From: Fidelibacterota bacterium
GTDB taxonomy: Bacteria; Fidelibacterota; Marinisomatia; Marinisomatales; JABMOV01
Assembly (NCBI GenBank): GCA_046861395.1
Contig: JBHHUC010000036.1
Span: 1 to 20,575 of the forward strand
DNA: 20,575 nucleotides
Direction of reading: 5' to 3'
Part shown: piece by piece, positions 10,198 through 17,829 of the stretch
How positions within the stretch are numbered: the stretch's first letter is position 1
How the letters are laid out: every line of letters begins with the position of its first letter
The notes under the pieces: model-generated
Database searches by the model: none
The model's input: only the letters and a program-made list of their open reading frames with translations
What the model was told of the DNA's origin: nothing
Translations under genes and position numbers: made by a program

Positions 10198-10343
10198 CCG
10201 GTCAGTACAATCCGGGGTGGAAATGATCTGGGGAAATGTAGAATTTCCCATGGCAATTACCAATGACTTCGGAAGCAATGAATAACATAATGGGGAGAAT
10301 AATCACAGCATTATTCTGTCCGGCAGTGACGATAAAGAAATAA

Positions 10344-11105
10344 ATGTGGTATTCAATTCAATCCATAATAACACCGACCTCACTGGCCGATGCGGTTCGA
10401 TATAGCGGGGACGGGGCGGCCTTGTTTTCTGGCGGGAGCTACCTGGTGGCAGAGAAAAATCCGGCCATCCGATCCTTAATTGATATTCGCGGCTTGCTGG
10501 AAAAGGCCATCACCGCCGGACCGGAAACAGTTCACATCCCGGCCGGAGCCACGCTACAATCATTTATCGATACCGTCGCGACCGTGAATCCCCGTTGCCG
10601 CTTACTGGATGGCATTAAGGCGTCCTGTCCGTCACGTCAAATCAGGAATCAACGTACATTTGGCGGTGAAATCGGACACAACCGGCCGAATTCAGAGATC
10701 CTGGTTTTTCTTCATGCTGTAAATGCTGAATTGACGGTCCATACGGAATCGGAAAGTATCGTATCCATACGTGATTGGGACGGTCAGGGCATTGTAACCG
10801 GCATTACCTATTATCCCAATCAGATCAGCGCTGTAGGCTTGGAACGGTTTGCAGTCCTGCCCTCAGCTCCGGCCATGGTGATCGCGGCCGGTTGCGAACA
10901 AAATGGTCAATATAAATTTGCCGTTGGAGGAGCAGCGCTCACCATTCAGACCTTATCAATTATGGCCAATGACTGGAATGACCAAGTTGCATCCCAGCTT
11001 GCTGCTGATGTTTCATCACAATTCATCGCTGATCATTTCGGATCCTTGTCCTATAAGAAAGCGCTCATTGCCACCGCTATGAAGAGGGTCGTGGCGACAT
11101 GGTAG
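10344..11105 (+). CDS. ygfM: YgfM-like divergent FAD-binding subunit of a molybdenum hydroxylase
   Basis: FSGGSYL and QIRNQRTFGGEI motifs. It sits between the amidohydrolase and the xdhD-like genes, matching the E. coli order ygfK-ssnA-ygfM-xdhD. Confidence 0.7.
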   Translation: MWYSIQSIITPTSLADAVRYSGDGAALFSGGSYLVAEKNPAIRSLIDIRGLLEKAITAGPETVHIPAGATLQSFIDTVATVNPRCRLLDGIKASCPSRQIRNQRTFGGEIGHNRPNSEILVFLHAVNAELTVHTESESIVSIRDWDGQGIVTGITYYPNQISAVGLERFAVLPSAPAMVIAAGCEQNGQYKFAVGGAALTIQTLSIMANDWNDQVASQLAADVSSQFIADHFGSLSYKKALIATAMKRVVATW

Positions 11106-11581
11106 TTACGTTTAAATTGAACGGAAAACCCGCCATGGCGGACGTCCGGCCCGGAACCACCTTATTGGATTTTCTCCGTGACCAGGGAATTTTCAGTGTG
11201 AAATATGGTTCCGATAAGGGTGAAACGGGCGCCGATACAGTATTGGTCAATGACAATATCATGAACGCTTCTCTCCTCCTCATCCATACACTCGAGGGAC
11301 AAAACGTCGAAACTGTTGAATCCTTTGCCCGTGGTCGCGAGGTTCATCCCCTGCAGGATGCATTTGTGGAAGAAGGTGGTATCCAATGCGGCTATTGTAC
11401 GCCGGGAATGATATTGGCGGTTGAATCACTGGCCCGGAGCAATACTGCACCCTCGGAAGAGAATATAAAAGAAATATTGGCGGGCGTATATTGTCGTTGT
11501 ACCGGGTACGTAAAACCGGTCAAGGCTGCTATGAAGTATTTGGCTGACAGGACAGAACGTCATGATGGGGCTGAAAAATGA
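11099..11581 (+). CDS. XdhD N-terminal-like 2Fe-2S subunit with the first cluster motif degenerate
   Basis: GSDKGETGADTV...NASLL replaces CxxxxCxxC...C. The second motif QCGYC...CRCTGY is intact. ATGA overlap with the next gene. Confidence 0.88.
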   Translation: MVVTFKLNGKPAMADVRPGTTLLDFLRDQGIFSVKYGSDKGETGADTVLVNDNIMNASLLLIHTLEGQNVETVESFARGREVHPLQDAFVEEGGIQCGYCTPGMILAVESLARSNTAPSEENIKEILAGVYCRCTGYVKPVKAAMKYLADRTERHDGAEK

Positions 11582-13878
11582 AAATTGTCGGACGGAAAAC
11601 ACGCCGTGTTGACGGACTGGCGCTGGCAAAGGGGAAACCGGTATTTGCCGATGATATCCCCAAGAAGGATTTTCTGTATGCTAAAATCCTCCATAGTCCC
11701 ATTGCCCATGGCCGGATCAAGAGGATTGATAAAAGTGCAGCTTTGGCCATGGATGGTATTGCGGCAATATTGACACATGATGATTTTCCGGAACATTATT
11801 ATACTACTGCCGGACAGGGATATCCGGAACCGTCACCCCGCGATACGAGAATTCTCAATCGAACTATGCGCTTCGTCGGCGATCGGGTGGCCGTAGTGGC
11901 CGGCGAATCCTTGGAAGTCGTTACGAAAGCCCTGGCATTGATCCGGGTTGACTATGACGAATACCCGGCGATATTTGATACCAGGGAGGCTATCAACAAT
12001 ACCACCGTGATCCATCCGGGTAAGAAGGGCTTTGCTTTTCTCCACGATGCAGACCGCAATATCGCCGCCAATATTGATGAAGAACTGGGCGATGTTGCAG
12101 GCGGACTGGAAGAATCAGCCCATGTATTTGAAGGGACATATTTTACACCCTACGTACAGCAGTGCAGCATTGAGCCGCACATTACCCTGACCTGGCTGGA
12201 TGACCATGACCGGCTCATCATCCGGACCGCCACCCAGGTGCCCTATCATGTCCGGCGGATTGTGGGTGAAGTCCTGGGTATTCCCGTGGGGCAGATCCGG
12301 GTAATCAAACCGCGTATCGGTGGCGGCTTTGGTGGCAAACAGGAAATATTGACGGAAGATATATGCGCCGCGGTAACGATGGTGACGGGCAGGCCCTGTC
12401 GGTTGGAATATACCCGGGAAGAAGAGTTCTTTGCCGCCCGGTCCCGTCACCCGCAATATGTTTCATTCAAAATCGGCCTATCCAGGGATTATAAGATCAA
12501 CGCCATCGATATGGAAATATTACAGAATTCCGGTGGATACGGTCCTCATTCTCTTACGGTCATGTCCGTTACAGCCAGTAAAACATTGGCTCTTTACCGG
12601 TCACCGAATATTCGGATCAGGGCCAATTCCGTGTATACCAATTTGCCTCCGGCGGGCGCTTACCGGGGTTATGGAGCTCCTCAGGGATTTTTTGCTCTGG
12701 AATCAATCATGGATGAGATTGCCGAAGCATTGCAGGTCGATCCCATCGTATTGAGGAAAAAGAATTATTTCCAGGAAGGGGATGAAGTGCCCATTGCCAA
12801 GGTCCTGGGGGAAGGCCGGGAGGGATTTCCGGTTATTTTGAATACCACCGGAATCGCCGCCTGTATTGACCGGGGACGGGAACTCATCGATTGGGACACC
12901 CTGCGGCAGGCGGAAAAAACAGGTGTATTCCGTCGTGGGGTAGGACTGGCAACGGTTGCTCAGGCCTCGGGCATTGCCGGGATTGATATGGGATCAGTCT
13001 TCATGAAAATGAACGAAGACGGCAGTTTCAACCTGAATGTAGGTGCCACGGATATCGGCACCGGTTCCGACACAGCCCTGGCGCAGATTGCAGCCGAAAT
13101 ATTACATGTTCCGGTGGAGAAGATCATTGTTCTTTCATCGGATACGGACACCACACCGTTTGATACCGGTGCTTACGCCTCCAGCACAACCTACATTTCC
13201 GGTGCCGCCGTGAAAAAGGCTGCGGAAGACATTCTGCACCAAATCCTGGAGCAGGGGAAAAAGATTCTGGGTGTGAGGAAAGCCAGGATTGTCGCCAATG
13301 AGGTTGTGGCACCCGATGGACGGTCCATATCCTACCAGGATATTTGCACCAAATCATTTTATACGCACCATCAACGTCAAATCCAGGCCACGGCATCGCG
13401 GATCAGTTACGACAGTCCACCGCCGTACAATGCCACCTTTGCCGATGTAACGGTTGATACCGAAACCGGACTGGTTTGTGTCAATCGCATCGTCTCCGTC
13501 ACCGATGCGGGACAGGTGATCAATCCGCAAATGGCGGAAGGGCAGGTGGAAGGTGCCATTCCACAGGCGCTGGGAATGGCATTATCGGAATTTATGATAT
13601 TCGATGATCAGGGTCGGGCAATCCACCGTGATTTTGAGCGATATCATATTCATACGTCCATTGACATGCCCGAGATTATCGTGGAATTCGTCCATACTAA
13701 TGAACCGACCGGACCATTCGGAGCCAAGGCAGTGGCCGAAATCCCAATTAATGGTCCGGCCCCAGCCGTAGCCAATGCCATTTACAATGCCTGCGGAGTA
13801 CGTCTACGACATTTGCCCATTACACCGGAGGCGATATTACGCGAGCTTCATAATCATAAACAGCGATCCGCCCCCTGA
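11578..13878 (+). CDS. xdhD: XdhD-like molybdopterin-binding large subunit (xanthine dehydrogenase family)
   Basis: YYTTAGQGYPEPSPRD, TQVPYHVRR, RIGGGFGGKQ, GAYRGYGAP, DIGTGSDT, GAYASS, GQVEG and GPFGAKAVAE (catalytic Glu). These are XdhD-like signatures as I recall them. Confidence 0.8.
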   Translation: MKIVGRKTRRVDGLALAKGKPVFADDIPKKDFLYAKILHSPIAHGRIKRIDKSAALAMDGIAAILTHDDFPEHYYTTAGQGYPEPSPRDTRILNRTMRFVGDRVAVVAGESLEVVTKALALIRVDYDEYPAIFDTREAINNTTVIHPGKKGFAFLHDADRNIAANIDEELGDVAGGLEESAHVFEGTYFTPYVQQCSIEPHITLTWLDDHDRLIIRTATQVPYHVRRIVGEVLGIPVGQIRVIKPRIGGGFGGKQEILTEDICAAVTMVTGRPCRLEYTREEEFFAARSRHPQYVSFKIGLSRDYKINAIDMEILQNSGGYGPHSLTVMSVTASKTLALYRSPNIRIRANSVYTNLPPAGAYRGYGAPQGFFALESIMDEIAEALQVDPIVLRKKNYFQEGDEVPIAKVLGEGREGFPVILNTTGIAACIDRGRELIDWDTLRQAEKTGVFRRGVGLATVAQASGIAGIDMGSVFMKMNEDGSFNLNVGATDIGTGSDTALAQIAAEILHVPVEKIIVLSSDTDTTPFDTGAYASSTTYISGAAVKKAAEDILHQILEQGKKILGVRKARIVANEVVAPDGRSISYQDICTKSFYTHHQRQIQATASRISYDSPPPYNATFADVTVDTETGLVCVNRIVSVTDAGQVINPQMAEGQVEGAIPQALGMALSEFMIFDDQGRAIHRDFERYHIHTSIDMPEIIVEFVHTNEPTGPFGAKAVAEIPINGPAPAVANAIYNACGVRLRHLPITPEAILRELHNHKQRSAP

Positions 13879-13924
13879 ATGGAACTACGGGGCAGCATCC
13901 AGGCGTCGAAATAAAGGATTAACC

Positions 13925-15091
13925 GTGAAGAAAAAGAATCTGGGATTTGCGACCAAGGCAATCCATGCGGGGAATAAACCCGATCCCGAGACTGGCTCCA
14001 TTTCGCCGGCTGTCGTTTTAACCACGACATTTGAACAGAATGAAATCGGAGATGATAATGGCTATGATTATTCCCGTGCCGGCAATCCCACACGAACCCG
14101 CTGGGAAACCAATATTGCATCTCTGGAAGGGGGAAAATACGGTCCGGCCTTTGCCAGCGGAATGGCGGCCATCACTACCCTATTTCAATATCTGCACCAG
14201 GGCGATCATGTTCTCATTTCCCATAATGTATACGGCGGTACCTATCGACTGATTGACGAAGTATTGCAATATCACGGTATTGAATTTGATTTCATTAATC
14301 TGGCGGACCTGGAGGCTGTCTCGGCCCGGGTAAAACCAAACACAAAACTGATATTTGCCGAAACGCCTACAAATCCCTTATTGGAACTGGTGGATATTAG
14401 AGCTCTGGCAGACATCTGTCACCGGACAGGGATTATTCTAGCGGTGGATAATACTTTTCTAAGTCCCTACGGACAGCGCCCCCTGGAACGTGGTGCTGAT
14501 GTGGTTGTCCATAGTTCAACCAAACATTTGGGAGGACACAGTGATGTGATTGGCGGTGTCCTGGTGACCGACAATGATGATCTGGCCCAATCCTTTTTCA
14601 TGATCCAGAAGTCCGTCGGTGCTATTCCCAATCCCTTTGACTGCTGGCTGCTGTTGCGTTCCACCAAAACTCTGGAAGTACGGGTACGGCAGTCTGAAAG
14701 CAATGCCGGAAAAATTGCCCGGTTTTTAGCTGACCGGAAAGAATTCAGCCGGGTCATTTACCCCGGCCTGGAATCGCATCCGCAACACGCCCTGGCAGTC
14801 GAACAGCAGCAGACGCCGGAAGGGAATCCGTTTTTCGGTAGTATCATATCCATTGAATTCCATGAACGGCAGAAGCGGGATTTATTCCTGAAGAAATTAA
14901 CCCTGTTTAAACTGGCTGAAAGTCTGGGCGGTGTCGAAAGCCTGATTTCCAACCCTTATGTGATGACACATGGCGCAGTTCCCGAAAAAGATAAACAAGC
15001 ACTGGGAATTACCCGGGAGCTCATTCGCTTATCGGTGGGAATTGAAGCCGTAGACGATCTCCTGTCCGATCTGGAAAACGCCCTGAATTAA
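13925..15091 (+). CDS. Cystathionine gamma-lyase/gamma-synthase family PLP enzyme (Cys/Met metabolism)
   Basis: TKAIHAG, YDYSRAGNPTR, FASGMAAI, ETPTNP, VDNTF, HSSTKHLGGHSD (PLP Lys), ESLGGVESL and IRLSVGIE. Likely start is GTG 13925 after AAAGGA. The track's 13775 start overlaps xdhD. Confidence 0.9.
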   Translation: MKKKNLGFATKAIHAGNKPDPETGSISPAVVLTTTFEQNEIGDDNGYDYSRAGNPTRTRWETNIASLEGGKYGPAFASGMAAITTLFQYLHQGDHVLISHNVYGGTYRLIDEVLQYHGIEFDFINLADLEAVSARVKPNTKLIFAETPTNPLLELVDIRALADICHRTGIILAVDNTFLSPYGQRPLERGADVVVHSSTKHLGGHSDVIGGVLVTDNDDLAQSFFMIQKSVGAIPNPFDCWLLLRSTKTLEVRVRQSESNAGKIARFLADRKEFSRVIYPGLESHPQHALAVEQQQTPEGNPFFGSIISIEFHERQKRDLFLKKLTLFKLAESLGGVESLISNPYVMTHGAVPEKDKQALGITRELIRLSVGIEAVDDLLSDLENALN

Positions 15092-15129
15092 TTCTTCCGT
15101 CATCGTGGCGGCACTCCGGTATCCGGACT

Positions 15130-15156
15130 CACCGGGATGAGTATCTTGTCCCGGTG
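15130..15156. terminator. GC-rich hairpin between convergent genes (possible terminator or processing site)
   Basis: CACCGGGA-N11-TCCCGGTG is a perfect 8-bp inverted repeat in the 90-bp gap between the stops at 15091 (+) and 15182 (-). There is no clear U-tract. Confidence 0.4.
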
Positions 15157-15181
15157 TCGGGCGATCCGGGATAATCCCTAT

Positions 15182-16120
15182 TTATAAAGAGGAAAAACGG
15201 AGGCTGAGGGCGAAATGAATTCCGGACAGTTGACTGCCTTCCAGAACCTGCCATAAAGGATACCCCACCGCTACAACCAGAGATGAATTTTCGTCACGTT
15301 CGTAAATGAGCTGTCCGGTGACATCGAGGAAAACGGCTCCGCTGTTGGGTGCTGTTGCTCCCTCCCATTGATCCGGCCATTCGCGTCGCAGTTCCAGGGT
15401 AACATAGGGAAAAACCGACGGGAAAAGCGGTGTTTGTTTTATCGCATGCAATGTGGTACGAAATACAAATCCCGGTGTGAATCCGGCCCTGCTTTCGGTC
15501 AGCGGTAATGTAAAACGGGAGGTAATACCCAGCACCAGAGGAAATTCAGAACGCCGCCACCATTCCATACCGCCGGAAAATGAAATCTGTCCTGTTCCCG
15601 ATGCGAAATGGGAATGTTCCACTGTATCAGCCTCCGGTCCAAAGGGATTGATGGCATAATCTTTTCCGGTAGGCAGGACAATAGCCCCGTCGATGAAAAA
15701 GCGTTGACCGGGACCGAAAAATTGATTTTTGATGATTCGGCGTAAGCCCAGGGAAATATCGCCCGGACCGGATTGCGCTTCATTCCGATGGTGGCTGTCC
15801 TCATGTTCCACCTCCGATTGTCGCCAGTGTTTAAACGGAAGACTGAATGTTATATTGGTCTTGTTGCTTAATCCGTACAGACCGAAAACATTTGCTGTGG
15901 CAACATTGATTTTACCGGCATGATCCAGCTCCACATCATTGTGGACCGGAGTGAAACTGGTGTAGGTAAAGGCCGTCCCTGCCATCCAGGCTCCCTGAAT
16001 GACACCAATACCTTCGGTTGTGCTCCCGACCGGGAGGGAAGGATTACTTCAAAGGGGTCATTGACCCCAGAGTACTAAAGACAGGAAAAGAAGGAAAACA
16101 GATCGCTTCAATACGGACAT
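15182..16120 (-). CDS. Putative selenoprotein: signal peptide + UxxU motif + outer-membrane beta-barrel-like domain (312 aa with readthrough)
   Basis: ATG 16120 has AGGA 9 nt upstream. It reads MSVLKRSVFLLFLSLVLWGQ-TGA-P-L-TGA-SNPSLPVGSTTEGIGVIQGAW in frame into the 267-aa ORF at 15985. A SECIS-like hairpin follows. The body has GxGD, LPTG, GxG and amphipathic strands resembling Phenol_MetA_deg/'transporter' barrels. Confidence is high that this is a CDS and moderate for Sec recoding. Confidence 0.75.
16011..16042 (-). promoter_or_regulatory. Candidate bacterial SECIS element
   Basis: The mRNA reads CCUUC-C-CUCCC-GGUC-GGGAG-CACAACC-GAAGG: a 5-bp apical stem, a G-led 4-nt loop and a 5-bp lower stem. 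The loop starts 17 nt after UGA2 and 26 nt after UGA1. Confidence 0.65.
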
Positions 16121-16224
16121 GACAAATAATCCTAAGTTGGAAGTTGTGACCAGGTGAAATTGCTTATTGGATCCGGGAAATTTATGGATATGAAGGCTGG
16201 TGATGTGTCGGACATTAGACATTC

Positions 16225-17520
16225 CTAAACGAACATGAAAAATTCATTCAAAAAATAGATCCCACTGGCGATAAGCACAATTCCAGCGATGATTTCAATT
16301 ATATTCTGATAACGACCGATTATATTCATTGATTCCAGCCAGCCCATGCTCCAGGCGCCGATCAGGACGGGAATGCTGCGGCCCAGGGCGAAGGATAATA
16401 GCATGAAAAAACCGAAGGGAACGGAGCTGGTCGTGGCGCTGGCGGTGAGCATCACCAGTAAGGCCGGTGAACAAAAGGGACAGACCGCGATGGAAAAGGG
16501 AATTCCCAGGAGAAAGGCGCTTCCGAGGCCCGTGACGGGGCGGCCTTTCAATCCGAACCACGGCAGACGGATGTTGAGCCAGCCGGGCCACATCAAGCCC
16601 AGGACAATCAGCACGGGACCAAGAATCAAGCCCCAGAAGCGTCCCATGATGTTTTGCATCCACCCGCCGCCCAGAGCCGAGGCGACACCCAGGGTCACGT
16701 GAGTGGCGATCATCCCGGCGACAAAGGCCAGTCCCAGCGCCAAGGTCCGTCGTTTGGAGCGGGCTTTGGTCACATAGGCCAGCATCACCGGAATGGCCGT
16801 GAAGGAGACGGGATTGAAGCTGAATACCAGTCCCGCGACAAAACCCAGGGCAATTCCTGTGAAATTTGGTTCCCGAAGAATCAACTTCAGGGTCGGAAGA
16901 CTGATGTCGATCACGGGAGCGAAGCTGAAGACAGCGGCAGCGATGAACAGGAAGGCCGTCAAAAATGGTGTAATCCTGGAAGAGTATTCCAGGAAAGTCT
17001 GGCCCTTTGTCGAAACGCCGCGGACCATAATGATGGCCGTCGGCAAAGTGAAAAACGTGGCGAAAGTCAATCCCGCAAGGGCGGCCAGGGGCAGGGAATC
17101 CACGGTCATGGACAGTCCCAGAATCACGGCAAACAGGGGAATCGTGCAAGCGGGGAGCGTCAGCCCTAATTGCACATCGGGATTTTGGGTCCGGGATGAC
17201 GGCAGCAGTTTGGTAAACGCCAGATGGGGAATGGGAACGTAAGTGAACCGGGAGACGATATAGACGGCGGCAAGGAACAGGAGGATGATTCCCGGCAAGG
17301 CGGGCATCCAGCGAATGGCCGGCGCCAGTGCGACGGCAATCACGAGCAGAGTAATCAGAAGCAATACTCTTGAAAAGAAGAGAGTGAACAGAGCCGAAAG
17401 GCGATGTCCGGGGTTTTGATGCGCCCGCACGGCAAACAGGGTGTGGGTGGCAATCGTGCAGGGTTCGAAAAAGGCCAGCAAACCCAGAACAGCGGCGCTG
17501 AGCAGCAATAGTTCCGTCAT
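16225..17520 (-). CDS. Polytopic membrane protein with two tandem CcdA/DsbD-beta-like domains
   Basis: Highly hydrophobic. The N-half has FFEPCTI and TLPACTIP. The C-half has FSFNPVSF, AVCPFCSP and FALGRSIP, plus the CcdA-like ending AGIVLIASGIYFL. ATGA overlap with the thioredoxin gene. Confidence 0.75.
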   Translation of the reverse strand: MTELLLLSAAVLGLLAFFEPCTIATHTLFAVRAHQNPGHRLSALFTLFFSRVLLLITLLVIAVALAPAIRWMPALPGIILLFLAAVYIVSRFTYVPIPHLAFTKLLPSSRTQNPDVQLGLTLPACTIPLFAVILGLSMTVDSLPLAALAGLTFATFFTLPTAIIMVRGVSTKGQTFLEYSSRITPFLTAFLFIAAAVFSFAPVIDISLPTLKLILREPNFTGIALGFVAGLVFSFNPVSFTAIPVMLAYVTKARSKRRTLALGLAFVAGMIATHVTLGVASALGGGWMQNIMGRFWGLILGPVLIVLGLMWPGWLNIRLPWFGLKGRPVTGLGSAFLLGIPFSIAVCPFCSPALLVMLTASATTSSVPFGFFMLLSFALGRSIPVLIGAWSMGWLESMNIIGRYQNIIEIIAGIVLIASGIYFLNEFFMFV

Positions 17521-17795
17521 GGCGTAGAATCCGGTGCGTTTAACCGGTTCATCAGCAGCGCTTTCAATTTTTCCGCGGACGGTAATCCGGCAAATACCAG
17601 TTCTCCGTTTACGGCAATGGCCGGCGTGGTCAAAACACCCATTTTGACGGCGTAGTCCAGTTCATTCAAAATATTGACATCCCGCCACTGAACGCGGTAC
17701 TCGCCCAGTTCCAGGGCCATATTCCGTAATAATTCTTTGGCATGGCCGCATTTGCTGCAACCGGGAGAAGAAAAGACTTCCACCTTAATATTCAT
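17517..17795 (-). CDS. Small thioredoxin/glutaredoxin-fold protein (CSKC)
   Basis: MNIKVEVFSSPGCSKC...GVLTTPAIAVNGELVFAGLP: a CxxC motif plus the cis-Pro loop. ATG 17795 is preferred over the GTG at 17840, which overlaps merA. Confidence 0.88.
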   Translation of the reverse strand: MNIKVEVFSSPGCSKCGHAKELLRNMALELGEYRVQWRDVNILNELDYAVKMGVLTTPAIAVNGELVFAGLPSAEKLKALLMNRLNAPDSTP

Positions 17796-17829
17796 GGCCG
17801 ACGCCTTATCTGTGGATTTTAAATGACAT

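Noticed and set aside
15182..15985. The track's 267-aa ORF as the complete gene
   Set aside because: It lacks a signal peptide, whereas an in-frame ATG, RBS and signal peptide lie 45 codons upstream. The GGAG before 15985 means an internal start cannot be fully excluded.
16049..16060. Genome-wide UGA reassignment (Trp/Gly) as the explanation for the two in-frame TGAs
   Set aside because: TGA is the evident stop of many genes here (2467, 3702, 5220, 10197, 11581, 13878, 17517, 19493, 20225), several of them in ATGA overlaps at normal C-termini.
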